Shown here piece after piece: positions 38,199 to 49,294 of a DNA stretch of 64,000 nt. This DNA comes from Phycisphaerales bacterium (GTDB lineage Bacteria; Planctomycetota; Phycisphaerae; Phycisphaerales; JAGLTS01). The stretch's first letter is position 1; every line of letters starts with the position of its first letter. The notes under the pieces are model-generated. The model did no database searches. It was not told the origin of the DNA and was given only the letters and a program-made list of their open reading frames with translations. The DNA is taken from contig JAGLTS010000028.1 in NCBI GenBank assembly GCA_023135165.1, forward strand, positions 1 to 64,000, given 5' to 3'. The position numbers were made by a program, and so were the translations under genes.

Positions 38199-38891
38199 GT
38201 GCCGCCAACCGTTCGGGCTATTCTGCAACTCTCGCAACTTGAAGGGAATCGCGGCCTCGCCGCCTTGCTCTTTGCAGGCGGGGCGCTGCTTCTGATCGCC
38301 CTGCTCATCATCCGGATGCGGCGTCAACAGGCACAGCGAAGACACGCCTATCGCCCGCCGCGCGAGCGCCTCGCGACCATCCGAAAAGACGCTGCGCAAC
38401 GTGATGATCTCCACACGACAATGGCGGATGTCGAGGAACTGACGCGGCGCTGCGCTGCGCACCTGGACAACAAGGCAGCCCGGCTCGAGTACCTCATCAC
38501 CCTCGCTGACGATCGTCTGGCGAGGCTCGAAGCGTCCGCCAGTGGTGAACCGGTCCCAACAAGCCCCGCAGCGTACGGCGAGGATCCCACGGCTCCGCTT
38601 GCCGACCTCCGACCCGACCAGGAAGGCCCGCCGCCGCCGACGCGGAGACAGATGGAGCAGCGAGCGACCCGCACTGCCCGGGCCGACGCCGCTCCGAACG
38701 TCTTTGATGCCGCTCCGATCAAGGCTGGGGACGGCCTGCCATCACCGGTCATCACCGAACCGCCCGATGATCCGCTGACGCGACGCGTCTACCAGATGGC
38801 TGACCGCGGCGCGGAACCCGTCGAGATCGCGCAGACGCTCGACGAGCAGGTCGGCAAGGTCGAGCTGATCCTGGCGCTGCGCAGCGCGTGA
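38199..38891 (+). CDS. Membrane-anchored hypothetical protein (single N-terminal TM, Pro-rich, conserved C-terminal helix)
   Basis: GTG 38199 is preceded by an AGGAGG RBS with 9-nt spacer. TM GLAALLFAGGALLLIALLII. Alternative ATG at 38124. Confidence 0.4.
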   Translation: MPPTVRAILQLSQLEGNRGLAALLFAGGALLLIALLIIRMRRQQAQRRHAYRPPRERLATIRKDAAQRDDLHTTMADVEELTRRCAAHLDNKAARLEYLITLADDRLARLEASASGEPVPTSPAAYGEDPTAPLADLRPDQEGPPPPTRRQMEQRATRTARADAAPNVFDAAPIKAGDGLPSPVITEPPDDPLTRRVYQMADRGAEPVEIAQTLDEQVGKVELILALRSA

Positions 38892-38935
38892 ACGATGCGG
38901 TCATCGCTGACTTCGCACGGGTGTGCGACGGCCGG

Positions 38936-39817
38936 TCACTCCACGACATCGAGCCGAAGCGAAGCGTTGCTCGTCGTCATCGACGAGGTCTGTCCGCCTT
39001 CGCCGAGCTTGACGGTGAAGCCATTGCGGGACTTGGAATGGATTTCACCCGGGCCGGTGATCGTGACTCGACCGTTGCTTGTTGACCCGGTGATCAGGCC
39101 GGGGAACTCGGCGGGCGCTGTGGCGGTGATGAACCCGTTCGATGTCTTCAGGCGGAACGAGTCGGCGGCGGAGTCGGGCAGACGCAGCGTGATCGAGGCG
39201 TTGTTCGTTCGGCCGACGACCGGACCTGTGATGTCCGTCAGCGTCAGTGCCCCGTTGGATGAGCGAACATCGCACGAACCTGTGACGGTTGAGCACCCAA
39301 CGCTCCCGTTCGCTGTGACGATGATGACATCCCCATCGTGCTGATCGACGGAGACGAAGCCGTTGGATGTGGTGAGGTCGGCCGTACCCGCTAGGCCTGC
39401 AATCGTGATCGATCCGTTGCTCGATGTGATGGTGACGCCGACAGCATCAGGAAGGCGGATGCGAAGGTTGCAGCCATCGTTGGATTGAGCGCCGCCGGGC
39501 CACTCGGGGTGGATGACGAGCCGGCCGTCCTCACGGTCGATGTGGAGCACCGTGCCGTCGAGTCGCGTCTGGGCCTCCGCCAAGGTTGAGCCGGACGCCT
39601 TGATCGTCGCGTCGATGACGACCTGATCGCCGAGCGTGGGGTCGGCGACCACGGAGACGGAGCCGTTGCGGGTCCTGATGTCGATCGGCGAGCCTGTCTG
39701 GTGGTCGAGCGTCTGGTGCAGATCCGCCTTGGCGGTGACACGGTTCCCGGTACAGCAGGTGCAGCCGGCGATGAAAATAAGGAGAAGAAGCGCAACCGTG
39801 CGTGTGACGCGGTTCAT
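38936..39817 (-). CDS. DUF4097-family lipoprotein (beta-helical putative adhesin fold)
   Basis: Signal/lipobox LLLIFIAGCT. Repeated ...SNGSITI... / TSNGFV / SSNGAL / TSNGRV segments typical of DUF4097. AAGGA RBS. Confidence 0.65.
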   Translation of the reverse strand: MNRVTRTVALLLLIFIAGCTCCTGNRVTAKADLHQTLDHQTGSPIDIRTRNGSVSVVADPTLGDQVVIDATIKASGSTLAEAQTRLDGTVLHIDREDGRLVIHPEWPGGAQSNDGCNLRIRLPDAVGVTITSSNGSITIAGLAGTADLTTSNGFVSVDQHDGDVIIVTANGSVGCSTVTGSCDVRSSNGALTLTDITGPVVGRTNNASITLRLPDSAADSFRLKTSNGFITATAPAEFPGLITGSTSNGRVTITGPGEIHSKSRNGFTVKLGEGGQTSSMTTSNASLRLDVVE

Positions 39818-39884
39818 GGTGTCGATCCTTTCGGGTTGGTGCGACGTTCGCTGTGTTGATCTTGGGATTTCAGCCCGGCGCGCT

Positions 39885-40775
39885 TCAGTCGTCGATGGGC
39901 CAATCGCCGGTGAAGACCTCGACCGCCGGGCCGGTCATCGTGATGGGGCCTTTCGGGCTGGCCCAGACGATGTGCAGATCACCACCGGGCAGATGCACAA
40001 CGGCCTCAGGGTCCAACCTGCCCCCCAGCACGCCCGCGACAACGACCGCACACGCCCCGGTGCCGCAGGCGAGCGTCAGCCCGGCCCCTCGCTCCCAGCT
40101 TCGCATCGACACCTCGCTGCGCGACGCCGCCGATGCGAAATGCACGTTCATCCGGTTGGGAAACGCGCGGTGGTGTTCCAGACGCGGACCGATCGTCTGG
40201 AGTCCCAGCCATGTCAACTCCGTCGGCGTGTCGAGAAAGACAACCATGTGCGGGTTGCCCATCGAGACGAAACGGGCGATCCACGCATTGCCGCCGTCGG
40301 TGACGACATACTCCCCCGGATGATCAGTAGGTCGCAGTTTCGCCCGATCAACGGGGATCCGATCCGGGTCAAGGATCGGCTCACCCATGTCAACCGTCGC
40401 CTGCGCGACCATGTGGTGTGCATCGAGCATGCATCGAATCGCGAGGATGCCCCGCCTCGTCTCGACGCGCAGCGGGTTGGCGGTGCGCAAGCCGTGGTCG
40501 AGCACGTACTTGGCGACGCATCGCACGCCGTTGCCGCACATCTCCGCCTCCGAGCCATCGCTGTTCAGCATCCACATGCGGACATCAGCCCGATGTGAAT
40601 CGGTCGGCGGACAGATGACGATCAGGCCGTCGCCGCCGACGCCCGCTCGCCGATCGCAGAGAGCAGTCGCGAGCCGAGGCAGGTCAGCGCCCAGGACATC
40701 AGCCTGCTCGAAGGCGTCAATGCAGACGAAGTCGTTGCCCAAGCCATGCATCTTGGTGAAGCGCATGATGCGCAT
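39885..40775 (-). CDS. dapF: Diaminopimelate epimerase
   Basis: MRIMRFTKMHGLGNDFV...MCGNGVRC...ACGTGACA. Both active-site Cys motifs are present. Start set at ATG 40775. Confidence 0.85.
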   Translation of the reverse strand: MRIMRFTKMHGLGNDFVCIDAFEQADVLGADLPRLATALCDRRAGVGGDGLIVICPPTDSHRADVRMWMLNSDGSEAEMCGNGVRCVAKYVLDHGLRTANPLRVETRRGILAIRCMLDAHHMVAQATVDMGEPILDPDRIPVDRAKLRPTDHPGEYVVTDGGNAWIARFVSMGNPHMVVFLDTPTELTWLGLQTIGPRLEHHRAFPNRMNVHFASAASRSEVSMRSWERGAGLTLACGTGACAVVVAGVLGGRLDPEAVVHLPGGDLHIVWASPKGPITMTGPAVEVFTGDWPIDD

Positions 40776-41027
40776 CGTATCGCCTGCCCGGCGATGCGCA
40801 TCGCTTGACAACACCTCAGGAACACTGATGTTCAGCGCGTCCAGCCGCCGTAGGCTCTTGTGACGTTCCGTTGCGCGCCAACGCGGAGCCAATCCAGAGA
40901 GCGACCATGCACGTTCGTCTCAGGCCCGGCCCTTCTGGGGGGAGCCGGGTGGTCTGGAGGGCTGGCGGCGAAGCCCCCCAGTCTCGCGCCACGGTTCCCC
41001 GCAACCCACACGAAATCCCGAAGCCCC

Positions 41028-43784
41028 TCAATTGAAGTCGATCGATCCCAGCGTGATTCGCTCGCCCGTCGCGAGCGCTGCGTTGCAGATTTGGTCGCCA
41101 TAACGGACCTTGCATGGCCGACCGAGCTTGGAGCGGATCGTCGCGGAGACCAGCGATCCATCGCTCCACTTGAGGTCGACTTCGAACCCGCCGCGCGCAC
41201 AGAGGCCCGTCACGTGTCCGTCGGGCCACGCCTTGGGCAGCGCCGGCAGCAAGTGCAGTTCACCGGCGTGACTCTGAAGGAGCATTTCGGCGATCCCCGC
41301 GCATCCGCCGAAGTTGCCGTCGATCTGGAACGGCGGGTGATTGTCGAAGAGATTCGGGTGCGTGGACTTGGCCAGCAGGAGGCGCAGGTGCTCGTGGGCG
41401 AACTCGCCGTCGCGGAGACGCGCGCCGAAGTTGATGAGCCAGGCCCGTGACCAACCGGTATGCCCGCCGCCGTGTGCGAGACGGGCGTCAAGAACCTCGC
41501 GCGCCGCGGCGGCCAGCTCGGGCGCGCCGTCCGGCGTGATCCGATTCCCCGGATGCAGCGCGTAGAGGTGCGACATGTGACGGTGGCCCGGCTCGGCCTC
41601 TTTGTACTCGCGAGCCCACTCCATGAGACGGCCGTCGCCGCCGATGCGCATCGGCGCGAGGCGCGCCAGCGCATCGCGCACACGCGCGACAAACGCGTTC
41701 TCGACGCCGAGCCGCTCCGCCGCCCCGAGCGTATTCGTGAACGTCTCGGCGATGATCTGCTGGTCCATGGTCGGACCCATGGAGAGGCTGAGACGTTCGC
41801 CGTCGAAGAGATACGTATTCTCCGGCGACGTGGTCGGTCCGGAGATCAGCAGGCCGGTCGCCGGATCCTCTGCGAGCCAATCGAGGAAGAACTCGCTCGT
41901 CTCGACCAGGAACGGGTAGGCGCGCTCGCGCAGGAACGACACGTCGCCGGTGAAGCGGTAGTGCTCCATCATGTGCGCTGACAGCCACCCCGCGCCCATC
42001 GGCCACATGCCCCAGAGGGTGCGGCCCTGCACGGCGGACCACATCCACGCATCGCTGACGTGTCCGAACGCCAGGCCATCGCAGCCGAAACGACGAGCCA
42101 GCTCGCGTCCGTCGGTCGCCATGCCCTCCATCAGATCGAACAGCGGCAGGTGACATTCCGAGAGGTTCGTCACCTCCGCCGGCCAGTAGTTCATCTGGAT
42201 GTTGATGTTGAGGTGATAGTCAGCGTTCCATGGCGCGGCGATGTGTTCGTTCCAGATGCCCTGGAGATTCGCGGGCATCGTGCCGGGACGGGAAGAGCAC
42301 AGGAGCAGGTACCGACCGTACTGGAAGTACAGCATTTCGAGGTGCGTGTCGGTCGCACCGGCGACGACACGGCGCAATCGCGCGTCGGTCGGCGATCCCG
42401 GCGCCGGGTTGGGACCGAGGTCGAGCTGAACGCGCCGAAACAACCGGCGATGCTCGGCGAGGTGATCGGCCTTCAGGCGTCTGTATGGTGCCTCGCCGGC
42501 GCGCTTCAGAACGGCGCTGCAGGCCGCGAGCAGATCGCGCCGCTTCGGGTGACGCGGGTCGTCGAAGTTGTAGTCCGTCGCCGTGGCCAGCAGGAGGAGC
42601 ACGGAATCGGCGCTGCGAATGCGGAGGCCGTCATTCTCCGCGACGAGTTCGCCGCCGGTGACGAACGCATCGACCACCGCGAGATACTGCACGCCCGGAT
42701 GCGCGCCGTCCTGGGTCGCCCGCCCCCGCATGATCAGACGGTTCTCGCCGGCGGCGGTCGTTGCGTAGTCGGCGGGACGATCAAGGGCGAGATCCAGCGA
42801 GACCTTGCCCGGGCGACTCGCGCTGACGCATACAACGAGCACGTCGTGGACCGGACTGGCGAAGACCTCCCGGGTGAACGTCACGCCGTCGATGACATAC
42901 CTGGTCGTCGCGATCGCCGCGTCAAGATCCAGCTCGCGCCGATAGCCGTCGGGCGCGCTGTCGGCGAGGAGTCGAACGCTTCGAGCCATGTGACCGGGGC
43001 CGCCGACGTTTCGGGCGGCGACGGCCAGCACGTTGCGCCCGGGCCGCAGCGCTTCCCGCACGTCGAAGCGGTGCGGCTTGTTCCAGACGCTCGTGGCGCC
43101 GATGGGGACGCCGTTGAGATGGATTGCGGAGGCGTCGTCGATCGGACTGAGTTCGAGGATCGCCAGACGGCCGTCAATCTGCTCTTCGGTGAGTTCGAAC
43201 GTTGCGCGGAACAGGACGGTGGAGTGCTCGGGAATCGCGCGATCGGCGTCGGCGGCGATGGGCGGCCAGTCGGCGTCGTCGAACGTCGGCGCTAAGAGCG
43301 ACGAATCGACGTCGGCTCCGCGGGAAACAGGGCCGCGCCGCCACGCGGCAATCTCCACGGGCTCAGGTACAGTTCGGCCTTCGTGGATCATGTGCAGATG
43401 CAGGTCGCCGAGCGTTTGATGGCTGCGCGGCGAGATGCGCGGCGCCATGATGCGCTGCTGCACGAGCGATTCGCCCTCCGCGGGCCTGCCGTCAAAGAAC
43501 AAGCGGCGCGCCTCGGCGAGGTCGGCGGCCATGTCCTCGGGGTTTTCCTGGACGGGCGGACCGGCCCAGATCGACTCCTCGTTGAGCTGGATGCGCTCGT
43601 GATCGACGCCGCCAAAAACCATGGCGCCGAGGCGGCCGTTGCCCACGGGCAGCGCTTCGGTCCACGCCTGCGCCGGCTGGGCATACCACAAGACCAGGTC
43701 GTTGACATCATCTGTCTCGGCGCGCGCGGGATGCAGCGAGCAGGCGGCGACGAGCAGCGACAGGAGAAGCGTCGAAGTGTGCAT
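41028..43784 (-). CDS. Secreted glycoside hydrolase family 95 (alpha-L-fucosidase-like) with an inserted galactose-binding-like module
   Basis: Signal peptide. [42 protein letters not shown] is the GH95 N-terminal signature. About 900 aa. Confidence 0.8.
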   Translation of the reverse strand: MHTSTLLLSLLVAACSLHPARAETDDVNDLVLWYAQPAQAWTEALPVGNGRLGAMVFGGVDHERIQLNEESIWAGPPVQENPEDMAADLAEARRLFFDGRPAEGESLVQQRIMAPRISPRSHQTLGDLHLHMIHEGRTVPEPVEIAAWRRGPVSRGADVDSSLLAPTFDDADWPPIAADADRAIPEHSTVLFRATFELTEEQIDGRLAILELSPIDDASAIHLNGVPIGATSVWNKPHRFDVREALRPGRNVLAVAARNVGGPGHMARSVRLLADSAPDGYRRELDLDAAIATTRYVIDGVTFTREVFASPVHDVLVVCVSASRPGKVSLDLALDRPADYATTAAGENRLIMRGRATQDGAHPGVQYLAVVDAFVTGGELVAENDGLRIRSADSVLLLLATATDYNFDDPRHPKRRDLLAACSAVLKRAGEAPYRRLKADHLAEHRRLFRRVQLDLGPNPAPGSPTDARLRRVVAGATDTHLEMLYFQYGRYLLLCSSRPGTMPANLQGIWNEHIAAPWNADYHLNINIQMNYWPAEVTNLSECHLPLFDLMEGMATDGRELARRFGCDGLAFGHVSDAWMWSAVQGRTLWGMWPMGAGWLSAHMMEHYRFTGDVSFLRERAYPFLVETSEFFLDWLAEDPATGLLISGPTTSPENTYLFDGERLSLSMGPTMDQQIIAETFTNTLGAAERLGVENAFVARVRDALARLAPMRIGGDGRLMEWAREYKEAEPGHRHMSHLYALHPGNRITPDGAPELAAAAREVLDARLAHGGGHTGWSRAWLINFGARLRDGEFAHEHLRLLLAKSTHPNLFDNHPPFQIDGNFGGCAGIAEMLLQSHAGELHLLPALPKAWPDGHVTGLCARGGFEVDLKWSDGSLVSATIRSKLGRPCKVRYGDQICNAALATGERITLGSIDFN

Positions 43785-44396
43785 GGCATGCCAATCGATC
43801 GAGAGATAAGTCGGGATTCAGGAGATTGTTATATCGAGGCGATGATCGGCCTCAAGGACGATCTCCTCAGCGAACGTCAGCGTGAGACGGCGATCCTCCG
43901 GCGTGAAATCGGACTCCGTCATCGCGCCTGCGGCGCCGACGATAACGCTGGCCGGCTGCATCGTCTTGGGGACCTCCAGCCGACATTTCCCATATGACCT
44001 TCACCCGGCTCCACCGCCGGGCCTTTCGAGTACCAGTGTACCGCCACATAAGATCCATCTGGGAAATCCGAGTTCACATGATGCGCATCGACCTCGCCTA
44101 TCCGCGAGCCGGGTTCGTATGACAACCAAGTGATGAGAGGGTGGCGCACCGCTCGTCAAGGGGAGGCCACGCCCGCGCTGAGTTGTTCGAGTATCCACCG
44201 CTGGCGATCACTGACCCCCGTGTCACCGCTCGCGTTCCGATGGTCCCGGGGTTCATCGGGGATGGCCTCGCCGTTTGGGTCGGCGTCGTGGTCGCTCGAT
44301 GACCCCATGCGCCCGCGCCGGAGATCGCCTGCCCACCTAACGTCAGAGTCGCGGGGTGCCTGCAAGCCGTCGCCTCCCAAGACTTGTTATCTCTCT

Positions 44397-45668
44397 TTAT
44401 TCGATCAAGGTGGAATCCTTCACAATCGTGCTCTCCGCGACAAATCGAAGAAGTGGAACCTCCTTTGAAAGTGAGTGGTCATCGACGAATGGCGTATACT
44501 TTGCCTTATCTCCGTCTTTGCTGTGAACGAGAGCGTTTCGCGTCTGGTAAATGCGTTTCGCTAGCTTCCTCATTATATCGCTGGAATCTGCAGATCGCAG
44601 GTCAACTTTGCTCCCTCCAGAAAACGGAACTTCGTTATCGCGGTAGTAGTCAATCGTGGCCGCATCGTAGGTGTCTAGGTCATTCATTAGGCCGTTCAGA
44701 TCGACATATCTTGTGAGGGTTAGGCGTAGTGCGTCCTCCTCAGAGAATGCAATCGTATCATTCCGTATCTTCATGGATTTACGGATTGCGGAAATCAGCC
44801 CCTTAATGTCGCGCTTCCGTCGATAAGAGAAAGCGGGCTGGGTGAGCCGATCCTGGATTGAGGATATCAGATCATCGTCGAATACAGCCCCATAGAAATG
44901 CTCCAAGACATGGTAGTGCGACAGATATTCAACGACCGGGTTGTCCGTAGAGACTGCAAGCAAATAGTGATGGGTCAAATCTTCGTTGTAGATCCTTCTC
45001 GGGGGATCAATGTCAGTGGGGCGACTCCTTCCCATGCGATCAATGCGCCCCGGCCGCGAGAGCACGCCCAACGCTCTCTGAGGCACCCAGGCGGTGTCAG
45101 TATTGAAGGCCATCTGAAACAGGAACGCATTGGCGTAACGGGACATCTTCGCCAGCGGTGTGTTTGTGTCGCAACTGACCGTCACCGTGTATATGCGAAG
45201 AAACCCGATGCGCAGTAAGCTGAATACGTCAAGGTCATCTTCAAGGTCAGCAATCTTACGCTTGAGTATGTGCGATGGATAAGCGCGTAGAAAGAACCGG
45301 AAATCAGTATGTTGGGAGATTTGATCAAGGAAGAAAAGAATGTAGGAGTCTGAGGCAGATGATATGCGGTAGGAGATTGCGTTATCGTCATCGCGGGCGT
45401 CGAGTGTCGCTTTGGAGAATATGCGGAATAGAGTGCGACTTTCTTCCTGAACTAGTATTTCGAGACTAGCTTCGTCGTATAGCCAAAGCGACTCGCTAAC
45501 GGTCTTCCGATTGAGTTCGCTGAGCAGCTCTGTGAGAGCCGTCTTCGGAAGGTCTACATTGAGGTTGTTGTGGCGCTCTCCAAGGGAGAACGAGTAGTGG
45601 TCGTCCATCTCTTCGACCTCGCTCTGCAAGGCCTGAGACACTAATTCTACTGCGCGTGATTCGTCCAT
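44397..45668 (-). CDS. Low-GC hypothetical protein with C-terminal RNxxxH (HEPN-like) motif; candidate abortive-infection/defense protein
   Basis: GC is about 47-50% over 44375-45700 versus about 66% in the flanks. Codons such as AAA, ATA and TTA are atypical for this genome. No SD before the ATG. The C-terminal ...RIYQTRNALVHSKDGD fits the HEPN Rx4-6H motif. Confidence 0.5.
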   Translation of the reverse strand: MDESRAVELVSQALQSEVEEMDDHYSFSLGERHNNLNVDLPKTALTELLSELNRKTVSESLWLYDEASLEILVQEESRTLFRIFSKATLDARDDDNAISYRISSASDSYILFFLDQISQHTDFRFFLRAYPSHILKRKIADLEDDLDVFSLLRIGFLRIYTVTVSCDTNTPLAKMSRYANAFLFQMAFNTDTAWVPQRALGVLSRPGRIDRMGRSRPTDIDPPRRIYNEDLTHHYLLAVSTDNPVVEYLSHYHVLEHFYGAVFDDDLISSIQDRLTQPAFSYRRKRDIKGLISAIRKSMKIRNDTIAFSEEDALRLTLTRYVDLNGLMNDLDTYDAATIDYYRDNEVPFSGGSKVDLRSADSSDIMRKLAKRIYQTRNALVHSKDGDKAKYTPFVDDHSLSKEVPLLRFVAESTIVKDSTLIE

Positions 45669-45864
45669 TGGCGGCTACTTTGCGAGACAATGGTTGACTG
45701 AACAGAACCTCGTTGAGGCTGGGTCGTGTGCCATGCTCTGCGGGACTCCACAGAGCAGGGACATCGCGATGCTCAATCGAGAAAGCGAACACCGTGCCGG
45801 CGAGTCCGGCGGGCCGAGGACCGCCCCCAGCTTGCCGCGATGGTCGTTCGCAGCGGGCCGCACG

Positions 45865-47322
45865 TCAAGCTCCGCTCATGAACAGATCGACGAGAATCAG
45901 GGCGACCAGCACGAGGACGCCGACGCCGGCGATGATCTTGAAGATGAGGATCTGCCGGTCGATTCGCAGCTTGTCGCAGCGCAGGCCGACGATCGACCGC
46001 AGGTATCGCTGCCGCCATCGGATCGAGCCGTGACGCCAACTGCGTCGATCCGGCGGGATGTGATTGAGCGTCGCGACAAGCCCCAGCGCACCGGCCATGG
46101 TTGCGACGGCTTCGCCCGTCACGACGGCTGGCTCGTCACCCGCAGCACCCTCCGGCGATTGACTGAGGTGCTGCACCGCGAACGTATCCGCCTGACGTTC
46201 AAAACGCCGGCTCACATAACCGAACGCCAACAACCCGACGATAAACGCCGCAGCCGTCACGCCGACCTCGCGCACCGGCTCGGTCATCAGATCGGTCAGT
46301 TCGCTGGGGACGAACCACCAGTGCGCCATCCACCACATGACAGCCGAGACATACTCGAAGATGACCGACGCTCCCGCTACACAGATCATCAGAAGCGCCA
46401 TGAGCGTGGGAAGATGCCGGCGCTTGATGTGGCCGATCTCGTGCGCCATGACTGCTTCGACATGCACATCGCTCATCGCTTCGATGAGGCCGTCGGTGAG
46501 CAGAACGTAGCGCAAACGCCCGATCATGCCCATGACGGCGCCGTTGATCATGCCGCCGTGCGTGCGCCAGATCAGCAGTTGCCGAACGCGCGCGCGGTGT
46601 CGCCCGCACAGCCCGACGAGCCGATCCCGCAACTCGCCCGGCGGGAGGGGCACTGTGTCCCATGCGTACCTGATGATGACCGGTGAAACGACAAAGATCG
46701 CTACGATGCCTGCGAGTTGAAGCACGGGCGACAACCAGCCGGCCATGCGCGCATCGAGAAGAAAGGGGAGTGTCTCGACCCAGATCATGATGAGTGAAAG
46801 TGGAATGAGCGTCAGCAGCAGTTGATGTCGAATCTGGAGGCCGACGTACTCGCGGCGCGTCGGGATGGGTTGGACCGGTCGGGCCTGATCCAGAAAGCGG
46901 ATGAGCATCACTTCACGGATGCGCCGCTCAATGGGGTAGTACATCCACCAGAGCAGGATCAGCGCGAGGATGGCGGGCAGCGTGGCGAGAGCCTCGTCGA
47001 CAAAGACCAGATCGCCGACGGTGTTCCGCACGACGGTGAGCCAGTTCCAGAGCAGGATGTTGTGACAGTGCGCGCCGATGATCAGAAGCGGCGTCAACGC
47101 CATCACACGGTCGGCGGTCACGACGGCTGACGCTCGACCGGTGCGCGTGAGGCGTCGCCCCGCCAGATGGATGCGCACCGCCGCGATGAGCGTGATCCCA
47201 CCGATGAGCGACATGGAATACACCGCATCTCGCCAACCTGCGTCGGCGGCGCCATGCTCCACGCCGATCACACGGTCGTGAAGGAAGATCACCGCGATCA
47301 ACGCAATCATCAAAGGCTGCAT
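45865..47322 (-). CDS. M48-family zinc metallopeptidase (HtpX-like) with multi-TM N-terminal extension
   Basis: HEIGHIKRRH HExxH motif. Multiple TM helices. GTG at 47325 or ATG at 47322. Confidence 0.7.
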   Translation of the reverse strand: MQPLMIALIAVIFLHDRVIGVEHGAADAGWRDAVYSMSLIGGITLIAAVRIHLAGRRLTRTGRASAVVTADRVMALTPLLIIGAHCHNILLWNWLTVVRNTVGDLVFVDEALATLPAILALILLWWMYYPIERRIREVMLIRFLDQARPVQPIPTRREYVGLQIRHQLLLTLIPLSLIMIWVETLPFLLDARMAGWLSPVLQLAGIVAIFVVSPVIIRYAWDTVPLPPGELRDRLVGLCGRHRARVRQLLIWRTHGGMINGAVMGMIGRLRYVLLTDGLIEAMSDVHVEAVMAHEIGHIKRRHLPTLMALLMICVAGASVIFEYVSAVMWWMAHWWFVPSELTDLMTEPVREVGVTAAAFIVGLLAFGYVSRRFERQADTFAVQHLSQSPEGAAGDEPAVVTGEAVATMAGALGLVATLNHIPPDRRSWRHGSIRWRQRYLRSIVGLRCDKLRIDRQILIFKIIAGVGVLVLVALILVDLFMSGA

Positions 47323-47401
47323 CACGACCTGGCCTGGGTCCTTTCTACGCGGGCGCTCGGCCGGCGTCGGCGGTGCGTGTCACGGTGCGACGAATCGGCT
47401 G

Positions 47402-48823
47402 TCACCGCTCGATGACGCCCATGTCCACGATACACACCCGACCGTCGCTGAGCCGGGCATAGTAGTCCGCGTTGAGCCTCCCCCGCCCGACCGATGTGAA
47501 GACGAGGCACGCCGCCCCGCTCCTTGCTGCGTACCGCAGATCGCCCGGGCCGGGGCCTGCCGCGGCGCGGTTGTCGCGACGTTGTGCGTGGAAGTGGTAC
47601 TGCGCCAGGGCGGTGTATCCGCGCTCGATCATGTCCGTGGAGACTTGGTACGACACATCGCTACGGGCACGTCCGGGTTGCGGCGGGAAGGCGACGGCCT
47701 GGAACGAACCGGCTCCCGTCATGGTGTGGTGATCGAGCAGTCCGCCGTGCTCGCTGGTTTCATCAAGACGATCCGCCTCCGCTTGTGCCAGAAGCGATCG
47801 GACCACTACGGGGTCGTGCAGGGCTGTCTGCAGGACCCGCAGCATCACAAGCTCACCCCAAGGCAGCGTGTCCAACCCATGTGCGGCATCAATGGTGAGG
47901 ACGCCGGCCGATTCGACATGCGAGGCGGACACGTGATGCTCCGCTCGCGCCAGATCCCGGCGCACCGCGGCGAGCAGATCGCTTCGCGCGCCCGGGTCGC
48001 AGCCTATCTCGATCGCCCGCAGATGGCGCAGCGCAAGCCCTTCTTGCTGCTGCTTGTCGAGCGTGCTGACCAGATTCGCCCACCGTCGCCACATCTCGCC
48101 GTGGTCTCGCAGCAGCGAGGCGACCCAGATGATCTCATCTCGCGTGGCGGGCAGGATGCCAAGCTCGGTCGCCGCCCGGTGAAGAGCGCCGAGCATGCCG
48201 TCATCGGGGCTGGCATGCAATAGCCACCGCTTTGCCTCGTCTCGCCCCGCGAGCCGGACCAGCAGAACCCACGCATCCACGCGAACCGGGGCAGGCTCGC
48301 CGGCCTCACCCAGGATGTCGATCAGCGCCTCGCGCAGCGATGCGCCGGGTGACAACGCCACCAGCGCCTGCCGGGCAGCGGACGAACCGTCGGCCGGCTC
48401 GGCACTGGCGATTCGTCGCACGATCGGCCCGCGCATCGCCATCCAGCCCCGCGCAGCCGCGACGGCGCACAACTCGTCAGCCCACGCACACGCCGGGAGC
48501 GTAACCACGATCGCCGCTGCCAACGCCTCGGCTGCCCGCTCATCCTCCGCGATGAGTTCAAAGAGCGCCAACCGATGGTCCGCAAGGTGGAAGGCGGGGT
48601 CCGCCACAGCGGCTCGCAGCGCCTCGGTCCGCTCTGGGGATGGCCTGCCATCGACCACGCGCTGAAGCGCCGCGCGTCGGAGATGCCCCGGCCTTTCACC
48701 ATCCAGCACGATCGCCGCCGGGTCGGCGTGCCGCCCCGTCCCGCACGCGCTGCTGAGCAGGGGCATCAGCACGCTGACGGTGAGGAGCAAGACCCGGGTG
48801 CGATGGTCGAACCGATTCCGCAT
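47402..48823 (-). CDS. Hypothetical lipoprotein
   Basis: Start placed at M31 (MRNRFDHRTRVLLLTVSVLMPLLSSACG lipobox) because the longer N-terminus would overlap the divergent NifU-like gene. Ala/Arg-rich, no motifs. Confidence 0.4.
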   Translation of the reverse strand: MRNRFDHRTRVLLLTVSVLMPLLSSACGTGRHADPAAIVLDGERPGHLRRAALQRVVDGRPSPERTEALRAAVADPAFHLADHRLALFELIAEDERAAEALAAAIVVTLPACAWADELCAVAAARGWMAMRGPIVRRIASAEPADGSSAARQALVALSPGASLREALIDILGEAGEPAPVRVDAWVLLVRLAGRDEAKRWLLHASPDDGMLGALHRAATELGILPATRDEIIWVASLLRDHGEMWRRWANLVSTLDKQQQEGLALRHLRAIEIGCDPGARSDLLAAVRRDLARAEHHVSASHVESAGVLTIDAAHGLDTLPWGELVMLRVLQTALHDPVVVRSLLAQAEADRLDETSEHGGLLDHHTMTGAGSFQAVAFPPQPGRARSDVSYQVSTDMIERGYTALAQYHFHAQRRDNRAAAGPGPGDLRYAARSGAACLVFTSVGRGRLNADYYARLSDGRVCIVDMGVIER

Positions 48824-48911
48824 CACGCGAGTGTAGGCGCTCGGCTGGCTGACGTTGGCTGGAGCGGCTGGGGCGCGTATGATGACGCACACAGAATGTA
48901 AGGATGCGTGC

Positions 48912-49175
48912 ATGTCTCACGATACAACTCAGCCTCAGCACAAGAGCGAACTGTACCGACAGGTCGAAGAAGTGATTGACCTGATTCGGTCGACCATCCA
49001 GGCGGATGGCGGCGACTTGGAACTCGTGGCGGTCCATGACGACGGCCTGGTCCAGGTTCGATTCCACGGAGCCTGCGTCGGCTGCCCATCATGCGGGATG
49101 ACGCTGCACATGGGCATCGAGCGAATCCTCAAGGAGCGCGTGCCGGGCGTCGCCAGCGTTGAGGCAGTGAACTAA
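48912..49175 (+). CDS. NifU-like (Nfu-type) Fe-S cluster assembly domain protein
   Basis: Start at ATG 48912 (MSHDTTQPQH...). GGDLELVAV...GACVGCPSCGMTL is the NifU C-terminal domain signature. Confidence 0.7.
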   Translation: MSHDTTQPQHKSELYRQVEEVIDLIRSTIQADGGDLELVAVHDDGLVQVRFHGACVGCPSCGMTLHMGIERILKERVPGVASVEAVN

Positions 49176-49294
49176 AAACCAAACACATATCTAACAAAGT
49201 ATCCTCCGTTTTTTGTTTCCTGTTGGGGCAGGTCCGTGGTAGGGTGCATGCTTAGGATGTGGGTGAGGGCTGTCCGTGTGGACAGGAGGTCCCA

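Noticed and set aside
43785-44396. Short ORFs (43919..44149, 44001..44198, 44156..44380) in the gap between GH95 and the low-GC gene
   Set aside because: No RBS, overlapping frames, no motifs. Possibly remnants, but not supportable as genes.
45694-46686. 330-aa plus ORF overlapping the M48 peptidase gene
   Set aside because: Antisense to a gene with a clear HExxH motif and TM helices.
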